Assembly: GCA_035285125.1 (NCBI GenBank)
Contig: JAYKHR010000011.1
Span: 23,653 to 87,652 of the forward strand
Direction: 5' to 3'
DNA: 64,000 nt
Source: Candidatus Sericytochromatia bacterium
GTDB taxonomy: Bacteria; Cyanobacteriota; Sericytochromatia; S15B-MN24; JAQBPE01
Shown here: positions 54,563 through 64,000 of the stretch, one piece after another
How positions within the stretch are numbered: position 1 is the first letter of the stretch
Layout: the number at the start of each line of letters is the position of its first letter
The notes under the pieces: model-generated
Databases searched by the model: none
What the model saw: only the letters and a program-made list of their open reading frames with translations
Told to the model about the DNA's origin: nothing
Made by a program: the position numbers and the translations under genes

Positions 54563-54693
54563 GGCGCCCTCACTCAGGCCCGGCCACGTTGCCAGGCAAT
54601 GGCGCGGGTCGCTCGGGACCCGTCGCGAGACTGGTATACCACAATCGTGCCAGGCGGGTTGGTGACATAAGACCCAACCCGGGCCCACGGGGC

Positions 54694-54936
54694 TCAGGAC
54701 GCGCTGGGGGGGGCGTCGCCGGGAGGCGCTTCAGGGGCCTGCGCCTGCTGCTCGGGCGGCGCGGCCTCGCCTGGCGGGGAGACCTGTCCGGCGGCTGCTG
54801 CCTGGAGGGCCTCCAGGGCGCCGGGGCGCTCGGTCTTGTGCGCGCGCAGGGCGATGAACAGCAACGTGCCCACCGTGAACAGGAAGCCGATCAGGGGGCC
54901 GAGCAGCGGTCCCAGGCTTTGCGTGGCGTACCCCAC
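54694..54936 (-). CDS. small single-TM protein (80 aa)
   Basis: TG-C-TATACT -10, GGAGGG RBS, GTG start, one TM helix and a Pro/Ala tail. Confidence 0.55.
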   Translation of the reverse strand: MGYATQSLGPLLGPLIGFLFTVGTLLFIALRAHKTERPGALEALQAAAAGQVSPPGEAAPPEQQAQAPEAPPGDAPPSAS

Positions 54937-55000
54937 GAGTGCGTCCCTCCAGCGTCCTTGCAGCCGCGCCAGTATAGCACGCGTCGGCCGGGGGAGGCTG

Positions 55001-56122
55001 TCAGCCCTCGCCGGGAGACGGGACCACCACGCGCAGCGCCTGCGGCACGATCTCGACAACCACGGGCGACTGGCCGGCGTGGTCGCCATCCAGCTGGTAG
55101 GGAATGGGGCGCGAGGCGTGGAACTCGATGCGGGTGGCCCGGAAGAACTCGACGTCGCCGACGGTGTGAAGCTTGCCCAGGAAGGTCAGCAGGCCGTGGA
55201 ACAGCGCCCTGTACCACCTGCCGGAGCGGATCACCACGGCGTCGAGGACGCCATCCGCGACGTCGGCCGGGGGCGGCGGGGCCCGGTCCGGCGTGCCGCC
55301 CGCGGCGAGCGGGACCAGCTCCCGCACGGCGGAGTAAGACTCGGAGCCCAGCCCCACGAGGCGTCGCAGCTGCCTGAAGATCCAGGGGGCCTGCGGTTGC
55401 GGGGCGTCTCCGTAGAACTGCAGGCGCCCGCCGGCGTACAGCCCGCTGTTGCTGATGACGGTGATGTAGACCAGGCGTCGCAGCCGCCGCGTGCGACGCC
55501 CGTCCGAGATGAGGAGCTTGGCGCGCACCGCCTTGTGGTGGGTGTAGGACCGGAACGCCGCCACCCAGTAGGCCAGCGGTCCCGTCCAGGCCTTGAGCTC
55601 CGGCAGCAGGTTGAGCGTGGCCTGGGCGTCGTAGCCGATGCCGATCATGATGGTGAAGAAGCGCCCGTTGGCCCGCCCGAGGTCGATCGTGCGCGGTGTC
55701 CCCCGGGCGAGGGCGTCGACGGCGGCCATCGGCTCCATCGGCAGGCCGAGCTCGAGGGCCAGGATGTTGATGGTGCCCGTGGGGATGATGCCCAGCGGCA
55801 CGGATTGCCCGGCCAGGGCTTGCACGACCTCGTTGATGGTGCCGTCACCGCCCATGGCGACGACCATGTCGGCGCCGGACGCCAGCGCCAGCCTCGCGGC
55901 CTCGGTGCCGTCCCCCGCCTGCTGGGTGGCGATCCCCCCGCAGCGCCAGCCCGCCGCGGCGAAGCGCTCGCGCACGGCCTCGAGCTCGACGCGGACCTTG
56001 CCGGGGCCAGAGCCGGCCACCGGGTTATAGATGACGACGGCCAGCCGCCCCGTTCGAGGCTCAGACCCGAGGTCGAGCGTCAGCGTCGAAGGCGCTGACG
56101 CCGTCACCACGAACTCCGCCAT
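55001..56122 (-). CDS. diacylglycerol/lipid kinase family protein (YegS/DagK-like)
   Basis: IYNPVAG, GGDGTINEV, IPTGTIN, GIGYDA and YQLDGD. Confidence 0.92.
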   Translation of the reverse strand: MAEFVVTASAPSTLTLDLGSEPRTGRLAVVIYNPVAGSGPGKVRVELEAVRERFAAAGWRCGGIATQQAGDGTEAARLALASGADMVVAMGGDGTINEVVQALAGQSVPLGIIPTGTINILALELGLPMEPMAAVDALARGTPRTIDLGRANGRFFTIMIGIGYDAQATLNLLPELKAWTGPLAYWVAAFRSYTHHKAVRAKLLISDGRRTRRLRRLVYITVISNSGLYAGGRLQFYGDAPQPQAPWIFRQLRRLVGLGSESYSAVRELVPLAAGGTPDRAPPPPADVADGVLDAVVIRSGRWYRALFHGLLTFLGKLHTVGDVEFFRATRIEFHASRPIPYQLDGDHAGQSPVVVEIVPQALRVVVPSPGEG

Positions 56123-57099
56123 CAGGCGGGGACGCCCGCGCCCTGGGTCTTTCGGGCCACCAGGGCCTGGAGGCGCGAGAGCAGGTTGGCGGCCGTCATC
56201 CCGTAGTGCACCAGCAGGGCCTCTGGCGTGCCGCTCTCGCCGTAGCGATCCTCGACGCCGACGAACTCGATGGGCACCGGGTAGCGCCGCGCCACGGCCT
56301 GGGCCACCATCGCGCCGAGGCCGCCCGTCGTGAGGTGCTCCTCGGCGACGAGCAGGGCCCCGGAAGTCCGCGCGGCGCGCTCGACGGCGGCCTCGTCGAG
56401 GGGCTTGACGCTGTAGCAGTCAAGGACGCCGACGGACAGGCCTGCCTCAGCGGCCAGGTCCGCGGCCTGCAGCGCCTCGAAGACCAGCAGCCCGTTGGCC
56501 ACGATCGTGACGTCACGGCCCTCTTGCAGGAGCTTGGAGCCCCCCAAGGGGAACTCGGCCTCGGGGCCGTACACCACGGGCGCCTTCGGGCGCCCGGTGC
56601 GCATGAACACGGGCCCGTCGTGGGCCGCGATCGCCAGCGTCAGCGCCCGGGTGGCCGCCCCGTCCGCCGGCACCAGCACCTGGAAGTTCGGCAGGGCGCA
56701 GGCCAGCGCCACGTCCTCCACCGCCATCTGCGAGGCGCCGTCTTCACCGAGCGAGATGCCGCCGTGGGAGCCCACGAACTTGGCGTTGACGCGCGGGTTG
56801 GCGACGCCCATGCGCAGCTGGTCGAAGGTCTTGCACATCAGGAACGAGGCGAAGGAGTGCGCGAAGGGGATGAGCCCGGTGGTGGCGAGGCCCGCTGCCA
56901 TGCTGACCATGTTCGCCTCGGCGATCCCCACGTTGAGGAACCGGTCCGGGAACTTCTTCGCGAAGCCCCCGCTCTTGGTCGACTTGCTCAGGTCGGCGTC
57001 CAGCACGACCACCCGCACGTCCTGCGTGCCGAGCTCCACGAGCGCCTCGCCGTAGGCGTCGCGCGTGGCCGCGCCCATCTTCCGTTCACGAACCGCCAT
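56122..57099 (-). CDS. transketolase C-terminal subunit (split transketolase)
   Basis: ATRDAYG, LDADLSKST, GIAEANM, GEDGASQ and EEH...GGLG. GGAGG RBS. Confidence 0.93.
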   Translation of the reverse strand: MAVRERKMGAATRDAYGEALVELGTQDVRVVVLDADLSKSTKSGGFAKKFPDRFLNVGIAEANMVSMAAGLATTGLIPFAHSFASFLMCKTFDQLRMGVANPRVNAKFVGSHGGISLGEDGASQMAVEDVALACALPNFQVLVPADGAATRALTLAIAAHDGPVFMRTGRPKAPVVYGPEAEFPLGGSKLLQEGRDVTIVANGLLVFEALQAADLAAEAGLSVGVLDCYSVKPLDEAAVERAARTSGALLVAEEHLTTGGLGAMVAQAVARRYPVPIEFVGVEDRYGESGTPEALLVHYGMTAANLLSRLQALVARKTQGAGVPA

Positions 57100-57127
57100 C
57101 TCGGGCCTCCTCGTCTCGACGCGCCGC

Positions 57128-57973
57128 TCAGGCGCCAGCTGCCGCCAGCTCGGCGAGCGCCCGCTCGGCCTGCTCACGGCTTGGTGCGGCGCCATGCCAC
57201 TCGTTGTTGTGCTCCATGAAGGACACGCCCTTCCCCTTGACCGTCCGGGCCAGCACCGCGGTGGGCCGGTCCGCCGTGGCGCCCGCCTCGCGGTAGGCTG
57301 CGAGGATCGCGTCGAAGTCGTGGCCGTCGATGTCGATGACGTGCCAGCCGAAGGCCCGCCACTTGTCGGCGAGGGGCTCCAGCGTCAGGATCCGGTCCGT
57401 GGAGTCGTCGAGCTGCTGGCCATTGACGTCCACGATCGCCGTGAGGTTGGACGTGCCCCGGGCACCCGCGTACATCGCGGCCTCCCAGACCTGCCCCTCG
57501 TCGAGCTCACCGTCGCCCATCAGCACCCACACGCGGGCCCCTGAGCCGCCGATCCGGGCACCCTCGGCCATCCCCAGGCCCAGCGACAGCCCCTGACCCA
57601 GGGAGCCCGTCGAGGCCTCGACGCCGGCCAGCTTGCCGAGCTCGGGGTGGCCCTGCAGTGGGCTTCCCAGCCGGCGCAGCGTGGGGAACAGCGCGCGATC
57701 GAAGTAGCCGAGATCGCCGAGCACGGCGTAGAGAGCCGGGCAGGCGTGCCCCTTGCTCAGGATGAAGCGGTCGCGTTCCGCCCAGGTGGGGTTGGCGGGG
57801 TCGTGGCGCAGGACGGCGTAGTAGAGCGTGGTGATGAGGTCAATCGCCGACAGCGAGCCACCGGGGTGGCCCGAGGCGGCGGCGGTGATCATCTCGATCA
57901 CGTCTGCTCGCAGCCGCCAGGCGATGCGACGAAGCTCGGCGGGAGACTCGGTGCGCGGGGCGTGGGGCGTCAT
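57128..57973 (-). CDS. transketolase N-terminal subunit (split transketolase)
   Basis: SGHPGGSLS, DRFILSKGHA, LQGHP, GDGELDEG and KGKGVSFME...WHG. Confidence 0.95.
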   Translation of the reverse strand: MTPHAPRTESPAELRRIAWRLRADVIEMITAAASGHPGGSLSAIDLITTLYYAVLRHDPANPTWAERDRFILSKGHACPALYAVLGDLGYFDRALFPTLRRLGSPLQGHPELGKLAGVEASTGSLGQGLSLGLGMAEGARIGGSGARVWVLMGDGELDEGQVWEAAMYAGARGTSNLTAIVDVNGQQLDDSTDRILTLEPLADKWRAFGWHVIDIDGHDFDAILAAYREAGATADRPTAVLARTVKGKGVSFMEHNNEWHGAAPSREQAERALAELAAAGA

Positions 57974-58022
57974 GGCGACCTCTCGGACTCGGCGGCGGAC
58001 GGCCCTTATGCTACCACAACGG

Positions 58023-59213
58023 CTACCCCCGAGGCGGCCCCGCACGCTCCGCGACGAGGGCCTCGTAGAGGGCCTCCGTCTCCACCGCGATGCGCTCCCA
58101 CGACACCGTGGCGGCCTTGGCCCGGGCGGCGCGGCCGAGCGCCTCCGCCCGCCGCGCGTCCCCCAGCACCTCGCCGAGCGCGCGCGCAAAGCCCGCGACG
58201 TCCGTGGGGTCGTCCACGAGCAAGCCGTCCACCCCGTCCGCGATCACCTCCGCGGCCCCCGCCACGCGCGTCGTGATCACGGGCAACCCCGCCGCCATCG
58301 CCTCCGTCACGACGATCCCGAAAGGCTCGTAGCGCGTCGGGAACACGAAGGCGTCGGCGGCGGCGAAGTAGGGGCGGGTGTCGGGCACGAAGCCCGTGAA
58401 AAGCAGCCGGTCGGCCACGCCCAGGCGCGCCGCGTGGGCCCGGAAGGTCTCGTACTCGCCGCGCCCCACCACCAGGAGCCAGGCGTTGGGGGGGGCGGCG
58501 GCCGCGAACGCGGCGAGCGCGACGGCCAGCCCCTTGCGGTGGAAGTCCCCGACGTAGAGCACCACGGGGCTGGCTGCCGGCAGCCCGAGCGCCTCGCGCG
58601 TCGGCGCGCGCAGCGGGGCGAGCGCCTCCGCCGAGAACTCCGTCGGCTCGACGCCGTTGGGGATGACGGCCACGGCGTCGCGTGGCACGCCGTACCACCG
58701 CACGAGCTCCTCGCGCACACCGGCGGACACGGCGATCAGCCGCTTGCCCCGGCGCGGCCGAAAGGCAGGGGCCTCGAACAGGTCGGCGACGCGCCAGTAC
58801 AGATGGTGGTACAGGTGACGCAGCCGGCTGCCGGGCAGCAGCGGGGGCTGGCCGGCGCGGCGGGCCCGGCGATCGTCGGCGGCGAGCCGGGCCAGCTCTG
58901 CGCCCCAGGGCCGCTGGCAGAACTGCGCCGTCACCACGTCGCGCCGGGCGCAGCACCCCCCGATGGTGTGCACGACGTCATAGGGCTCCCGCCCGATGGC
59001 CCGCGAGGCCCGCCACCAGAAGGTCAGCAGGCGCCACAGGTTCACGCCGAGGTGCGCCGGCACCGGGTGGTGGGTCACGCCGGGCACGGGCTGAAACAGG
59101 TGGCTGTAGACGTGCACCTCGTGGCGCGCCGCAAGCCGCCTCGCCAGCTCCAGCATGTAACGCCCGTGGCCGCTTTCGCGGATCACCTCCGCGCAGACCA
59201 GGGCGACCTTCAA
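58023..59213 (-). CDS. glycosyltransferase family 4 (GT-B)
   Basis: IPNGV, RKGL and FVFPTRYEPFGIVVTEAMAAGLPVI. TTGA overlap start. Confidence 0.9.
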   Translation of the reverse strand: MKVALVCAEVIRESGHGRYMLELARRLAARHEVHVYSHLFQPVPGVTHHPVPAHLGVNLWRLLTFWWRASRAIGREPYDVVHTIGGCCARRDVVTAQFCQRPWGAELARLAADDRRARRAGQPPLLPGSRLRHLYHHLYWRVADLFEAPAFRPRRGKRLIAVSAGVREELVRWYGVPRDAVAVIPNGVEPTEFSAEALAPLRAPTREALGLPAASPVVLYVGDFHRKGLAVALAAFAAAAPPNAWLLVVGRGEYETFRAHAARLGVADRLLFTGFVPDTRPYFAAADAFVFPTRYEPFGIVVTEAMAAGLPVITTRVAGAAEVIADGVDGLLVDDPTDVAGFARALGEVLGDARRAEALGRAARAKAATVSWERIAVETEALYEALVAERAGPPRG

Positions 59214-60214
59214 AAGCCCAGCTCCGCCTCGACCTGGGTGGTATCGACGCGCTCGACGCCGCGGCCCTCCACGTAGGCCACCCAGCGCCGGTAGTCGAGC
59301 AGCCACTCGCCCGCGACGTAGGCGAGCTGGGTGCCCACGGGCACGCGCCAGCCGTGCGCCAGGGCGATGCCGAGCACGCGCCGCAACCGCCGCACCTGCC
59401 ACGCCGCGAGGGCCACGAGGCCGAGCCCGAAGGAGGGGGGCGCACCCACCAGGGGGGCAAGCCCCAGCAGCACCAGCGCCGATTTTGCCGCCACGCGCAG
59501 CCTCACGCCGCGCATCGCCCCCGCGCGGACGCCGGGGTGGAGCCGCTCCATGTAGGGGAGCCAGCGCCAGTGGCCAGCCCCGCGCCAGGCGCTCGCGAAG
59601 CCGCTCTGCCGGGGTGGGTGGTCGACGCGGACGTCTTCGGACCAGGCGACAGGCCCCAGCATCGCCTCGATGCGCCGGGCGAGGTCCTCGTCCTCGAAGT
59701 AGGGGCTCTTGAAGGTCTCATCGAAGCCGCCCACGGCCTGCAGCGCCGCGCGCGTGACGGCGAAGTTCGCCGTGGCGACGCCGTCCTCGGGCCTGGTGGC
59801 ATGCACGCTGTGGACGATCCCCTCCAGGGGTGGCACGCTGGAGCGCGTGGGCCCCTGGCAGGCCACGCAGCCCTGCGTCGCGAAGGCCTCTGCGATGGCC
59901 TCCAGCCACCCCGGATCGGGCAGGCAGTCGTCGTCGGTGAAGGCGAGGATCGAGCCGCGGGCTTGCCGGATGCCCCTGTTGCGGGCCACGGCGGGCCCCC
60001 CCTGCTCCGCGCGCAGGTACCGCACCGAGAGCGTTCCCTGGCGAGAGGGCACCAGTTCGGCCAGCGCCGGCACGGAGCCGTCGTCGCAGATCAGGACCTC
60101 GAACTGTCCTGGAGGGTAGCTCTGGTCCGCCAGCGCGGACAGCAAGGCGGCCAGCGCGGCCGGGCGGTCGCGGGCAGGGACGATGACGGAGATGAACGGG
60201 AGCGAGGATGTCAT
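59210..60214 (-). CDS. glycosyltransferase family 2
   Basis: ISVIVPA, DDGS, ARNRG, AFTDDD and GGFDE.F....EDEDL. ATGA overlap. Confidence 0.92.
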   Translation of the reverse strand: MTSSLPFISVIVPARDRPAALAALLSALADQSYPPGQFEVLICDDGSVPALAELVPSRQGTLSVRYLRAEQGGPAVARNRGIRQARGSILAFTDDDCLPDPGWLEAIAEAFATQGCVACQGPTRSSVPPLEGIVHSVHATRPEDGVATANFAVTRAALQAVGGFDETFKSPYFEDEDLARRIEAMLGPVAWSEDVRVDHPPRQSGFASAWRGAGHWRWLPYMERLHPGVRAGAMRGVRLRVAAKSALVLLGLAPLVGAPPSFGLGLVALAAWQVRRLRRVLGIALAHGWRVPVGTQLAYVAGEWLLDYRRWVAYVEGRGVERVDTTQVEAELGF

Positions 60215-61935
60215 GACCGTTCCCGGCGCCCCAAGCGCCAAAGCTGCCACGCCTGGCGCGTCGGGTAAAGCGCCGTCACAAGACAGTACACCAGCCCGGC
60301 CCAGCCGTCGCGCCACCCCTGGAGGCGCCACCCCCGGTGCCAGAGGTGGCGCAGGGGGGCGGCCAGCACCCCGGCGAGGCCGACGCGGTCCCCCGCCGCC
60401 TGGCGGACGCGCGCCTCATGATCGGTGTAAAGGCGGGTCTTGGCAACATAGGCCCCGATCGTCGCGTAGGGCTCGTGGATCAGCGGGGCCTGCAGCTGCC
60501 CGACAGGCCCCGCGAGCCGGGGGTGGGCGTGCAGGCGCTCGCCCTCGAAGCGGGCCGCGCCCCGTCGCACGAGCCGCAGCACCCTCGCGCCGGCGCTGGC
60601 ATGGGGGGCCCAGCGGCCGAAGTACCACTCCTGCCGGGGCAGCCAGTAGGCGGCGCAGGCGGGCCCCTCGGCGAGCGCCCGGGCGATCGCAGCTGCCGCG
60701 TCCGGCGCGAGCCGCTCGTCGGCGTCGATCAGGAGCACCCAGTCGCCGGTCGCGGCCGCCATCCCGACGTTCTTGTTGAGGTCCCAGTTGTCACCCACAT
60801 GGGCGTGGGTGATCACCTGGCTGGCCCAGCGGCGGGCGAGATCGGCCGAGCCGTCGGTGCTGGCGTCATCCACGACCACGATCTCGTCCACGAGGCCCGT
60901 GGCCTTCAGGGCGCTCAGGCACCCTTCGAGCCTCGGAGCCTCGTTGCGGACGGTCAGCACGGCGCTCAAGCGGAGGCGATCGCTGGGCCGCGGGGGGGGC
61001 GCCAAGGCCACCGCAGGGGGCGTCGCGGGCGGGGCCGCCAGGCCGCGGCGCCAGGCCCGCCACAGCCGCAGCGGCAGGCCTGGGGTCCACCCGGTGGGCC
61101 GCCTTGCGCTCACCCAGGCCGCGTTCCAGGCGGCCACCGCCGCGGCGGCGGCCAGCCACCCGGCCCGGCCGAGCCCGCGCAACTCGCCGGCCATGTAGCG
61201 CCCCCGGCTCTCGAAGAGCGCCACCCGCATCGCCTCCCGCACCTGGGAGGTCGAGGCCCCGCCGTGATGCACCACCCGGGCCTCGGGGGCCAGGTGCACC
61301 TCCCAGCCCGCCAGGGCCGCCCGGCGGCACCACTCCACCTCCTCGGCGTACATGAAGAAGTCCTCGCGCAGCCCGCCGAGCTCCCGCAGCACCGAGGTCC
61401 TGACCAGCACCGCGGCGCCGAGCACCCAGCCCACGCGTCCTGCCGTGCGGCGCGGCGCGAGCCGGCACAACCGGTCCCTGAGGCGGGCCAGGGGGCCCGG
61501 CAGCAGCCACCACTCGGCCAGGGTCGTGGCCGCCGTGGGCAGCCCGAAGGCACATGGCTGGGGGCTGCCATCGGGGTTCAGCAGGCCGGCGCCCACGGCC
61601 GCAGCCTCCGGGTGCTCGTCGAGCCAGGCCTCCAGCTGGGCCAGCGCCCCGGGCGAGACCTCGGTGTCGGGGTTCAGGAGCCAGGCGAACTCCGTCTCGA
61701 CGCCGGCGAGCCCGACGTTGTTGCCGCGGGCGAAGCCCAGGTTCTCCGCCTGCGGCAGCCACGCGGCCTGCGGAAACCGCGGCGCCAGGCCGGCGACGGT
61801 CTCGTCCGCCGAGGCGTTGTCCACGACCACCACGCGGGCCTCGGGGCAGTCGGCAAAGAGGCTCGTCAGGCAGGCGGCCAGCAGCTCCCGCGTGTTCCAC
61901 GAGACGATCACGGTGGTGGTGCGCACGGGGGACAT
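60211..61935 (-). CDS. tandem GT2-GT2 fusion glycosyltransferase
   Basis: Domain 1: VIVSWN, DNAS, LLNPDT, FFMYAEEVEWC. Pro linker. Domain 2: TVRNE, DDASTDGS, LIDADE. Confidence 0.9.
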   Translation of the reverse strand: MSPVRTTTVIVSWNTRELLAACLTSLFADCPEARVVVVDNASADETVAGLAPRFPQAAWLPQAENLGFARGNNVGLAGVETEFAWLLNPDTEVSPGALAQLEAWLDEHPEAAAVGAGLLNPDGSPQPCAFGLPTAATTLAEWWLLPGPLARLRDRLCRLAPRRTAGRVGWVLGAAVLVRTSVLRELGGLREDFFMYAEEVEWCRRAALAGWEVHLAPEARVVHHGGASTSQVREAMRVALFESRGRYMAGELRGLGRAGWLAAAAAVAAWNAAWVSARRPTGWTPGLPLRLWRAWRRGLAAPPATPPAVALAPPPRPSDRLRLSAVLTVRNEAPRLEGCLSALKATGLVDEIVVVDDASTDGSADLARRWASQVITHAHVGDNWDLNKNVGMAAATGDWVLLIDADERLAPDAAAAIARALAEGPACAAYWLPRQEWYFGRWAPHASAGARVLRLVRRGAARFEGERLHAHPRLAGPVGQLQAPLIHEPYATIGAYVAKTRLYTDHEARVRQAAGDRVGLAGVLAAPLRHLWHRGWRLQGWRDGWAGLVYCLVTALYPTRQAWQLWRLGRRERS

Positions 61936-61944
61936 GCGAGGCCT

Positions 61945-62910
61945 TTACCCGCCTTGCGGCCCGATCCCAGCGGCCCTGCCCCGCCAGGCCGTCGCCAGCG
62001 CCACGCGGGCCTCGGCCAGCCCGCGGCCCCAGCTGTCGCGCGGCTCGCGTCCCAGCGCCAGGCGCACGGCCCCCCAGGCCACGTTCTGGACGCTGGCCAG
62101 GGCCACCGCGAGCCGGGCCCACCGCTCGGCGCGTGGCCCCCGGTGCAGGCGCAGGAAGCGGAAGCTGCTGCCGAACCGGTGCGCGATGGTGGGCAGGGGC
62201 ACGTGGGCCGCCGCGCGGCCTCCGAGGTGCGTCACGGTGGCATCGGCGAGCCACTCGACCCGCCACCCCGCCTGGCGGATCCGCCAGCACCAGTCCATCT
62301 CCTCGCCGTACATGAAATAGCCCTCGTCCAGCGGGCCCACCCGGGAGAGGACCTCCCGCCGCACCATCAGCGCCGCGCCAATCACCATGTCGACCTCCCG
62401 GGCGCCTGCCTCCGGGAACGCGTAGAGGCGCCGCGGCTGGCGCTGCGCCGCGGGCTGGAGCGCCGCCGGGAAGCGCGCGTGCTCCCAGTACAGGTCCCAG
62501 GGCGCGACGAAGGGCATCGCCGAGAGCTGGTAGCTGCCGTCGCCGAAGACGAGGCGGGGGCCGACGGCCCCCACCCGGGGGTGGGCCTCCAGGTGGGCCA
62601 CGAGCCGCTCCAGCTGGCCCGGCGCCACCAGGGTGTCGGGGTTGAGCAGCAGCACGTGGTCCGCCTCGACTTGCGCCAGGGCCACGTTGTTGCCGCGCGC
62701 GAAGCCGAGGTTCGTCGGGGCGCTGATCAGGCGGGCCTCCGGGTGGCTGGCGGCGATGGCCTCGGCGCTGCCGTCCGTCGAGGCGTTGTCGACCACCCAG
62801 ATGGCGTGCGGCACGGCCAGGCCGGCCTGCCGCAACGAGGCGAGGCAGGCCAGCACGTCCTCGCGCGTGTTCCAGCTGACGATCACGATGGCGAGCGTCG
62901 GTTGGCTCAT
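61945..62910 (-). CDS. glycosyltransferase family 2 (rhamnosyltransferase-like)
   Basis: IVIVSWNT, VVDNASTDGS, NLGFARGNN, LLLNPDT and DEGYFMYGEEMDWC. ATGA overlap. Confidence 0.92.
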   Translation of the reverse strand: MSQPTLAIVIVSWNTREDVLACLASLRQAGLAVPHAIWVVDNASTDGSAEAIAASHPEARLISAPTNLGFARGNNVALAQVEADHVLLLNPDTLVAPGQLERLVAHLEAHPRVGAVGPRLVFGDGSYQLSAMPFVAPWDLYWEHARFPAALQPAAQRQPRRLYAFPEAGAREVDMVIGAALMVRREVLSRVGPLDEGYFMYGEEMDWCWRIRQAGWRVEWLADATVTHLGGRAAAHVPLPTIAHRFGSSFRFLRLHRGPRAERWARLAVALASVQNVAWGAVRLALGREPRDSWGRGLAEARVALATAWRGRAAGIGPQGG

Positions 62911-64000
62911 GCGGCCTCCGGCTGGGCGCTCCGCCCCCTGCGCCACCTGTGCCACACGGCCTGCAGCAAGGCCCGCTCGAGCCCCGCGGACGCCAGGGCC
63001 CACGCCGTCGCCAGGCCCAGGGCCGTGGCCCCGAGCGTCGGCAGCGTGGTCACGAGGGGGCCCGCCAGGCTCGCCGCCGCCGCGAGGGCCGCCGCGACGG
63101 CCAGGCCTGGCCCGAAGGTCGCCAGGGGGTGCAGCGGCGCCGTTCGGTTGACGCGCCAGGCCAGCAGGAACGCCGGCAGGGCGCCCCCCAGCGCCGCACC
63201 GGCGGCCACGCCCACGGGCCCCCACCCGGGCAGCAGGGCCAGCGCGAGCCCGCCCTCCAGCACCGTGCTCGCCAGCATCAGGCGGAACCCGAGGGCGACC
63301 TCGCCGCGCGCGTTCACGAAGGCGAGCAGCGGCGCGAACAGCTGGGCGAAGGCCGCGCGGGCCAGGAACCAGCACAGCAGCGGCAGGGCCTCGAGCCAGG
63401 CCGGGCCGTAGACCAGGCGCACCACCGGCTCGGCGAGCACGAACAGGCAGGCCGACGGGCCTGCCGTGACCAGCACGAGGCGCCGCATCGTGAGGCGCAG
63501 GAACGCGGCGGCCTCGGCGGGCTGGTCTTGCAGGCGGGCGAGGGCGGGGAAGCCGACGCGCTGGGCGATGGCCAGGGCGTTCGACGGGACGAGGGTCGCC
63601 ACCGCAGCGCCGAAGTTCAGCAACCCCACGGCGTGGGGGCCGAAGGCCGGGCCCGCCACCACGGCGGCCATGTTCTCCCGCGCCAGGAAGGCAAGGTTGA
63701 TGCCCTGGAACCACACGCCGTGCGCCAGTCGCGCGCGCAACAGGGCCCGGTCCCAGGCCAGCCCCAGGGGCCAGGGCGCGGCGACGTTCAGCAGCGCCAT
63801 CCGCAAGCCGACCGCCGCCACGGCGCCCCAGACGAAGCTCCAGCCGCCGTGCCCCGACCAGGCCAGGGACAGCGTGCAGGCCTTCTCGGCGACCACCCCG
63901 GCCACCTCGATGCCGGCCAGGGTGCCGAAGCGCAGCTCGCGCTCCAGCATCACCGTCGGGATGCTGCCGAGCACCCCGAGCAGCATCGGCAGCGTCATCC
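62907..64000 (-). CDS. oligosaccharide flippase (Wzx-like), 5' part outside the window
   Basis: LERELRF..LA.IE, G.WSFVWG, G..AVGL, V.FPALARLQD and LVYG..W..A.P. Confidence 0.85.
   Translation of the reverse strand, partial: MTLPMLLGVLGSIPTVMLERELRFGTLAGIEVAGVVAEKACTLSLAWSGHGGWSFVWGAVAAVGLRMALLNVAAPWPLGLAWDRALLRARLAHGVWFQGINLAFLARENMAAVVAGPAFGPHAVGLLNFGAAVATLVPSNALAIAQRVGFPALARLQDQPAEAAAFLRLTMRRLVLVTAGPSACLFVLAEPVVRLVYGPAWLEALPLLCWFLARAAFAQLFAPLLAFVNARGEVALGFRLMLASTVLEGGLALALLPGWGPVGVAAGAALGGALPAFLLAWRVNRTAPLHPLATFGPGLAVAAALAAAASLAGPLVTTLPTLGATALGLATAWALASAGLERALLQAVWHRWRRGRSAQPEAA

Noticed and set aside
52928..54670. 580-aa plus-strand ORF
   Set aside because: Antisense to topA.
56122..57973. 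Two-part transketolase as a frameshifted pseudogene
   Set aside because: Split N/C-subunit transketolases are an established form, and each part has its own RBS and start.
60337..63411. 1024-aa plus-strand ORF
   Set aside because: Antisense shadow of the GT2 and flippase genes, with no motifs. Such ORFs are expected in high-GC DNA.

Overview
Very GC-rich bacterial chromosomal window, densely coding (about 58 CDS and one tRNA-Ser(TGA)). I found no transposase, integrase, prophage, rRNA or CRISPR array. Housekeeping and repair genes include topA, mutM, family-4 UDG, a UvrD/PcrA-type helicase, a SNF2 helicase with a SWIM protein, a split transketolase, rocD and moeA/mog. There is also an alkB-type monooxygenase, two orphan multi-TM histidine kinases, a pseudokinase-AAA-TPR (STAND-like) protein, about 13 predicted lipoproteins (NHL, Kelch, S8 protease, EF-hand, Pro/Thr or Gly/Asp repeats), and a glycosyltransferase/flippase region at the right end. 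The gene repertoire and the IGPDAGS-type repeat suggest a non-photosynthetic cyanobacterial relative such as Ca. Sericytochromatia; this is inference and was not verified. The most notable signals read from the sequence are: (1) two GAAC-N4-GTTC SOS boxes on the promoter of a gene that looks like a stand-alone Y-family polymerase little-finger domain; (2) a recurring sigma28-like promoter plus 11-bp-periodic TTAA boxes in front of scattered envelope/export genes, including two paralogous lipoproteins with an unrecognised domain; (3) a kinase-STAND-TPR protein whose kinase catalytic motifs are degenerate; (4) an all-lipoprotein beta-propeller/subtilase cluster. Many start codons were moved from the ORF track using RBS, stop/start overlap and signal-peptide evidence. 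All product calls are from motifs recognised by eye.
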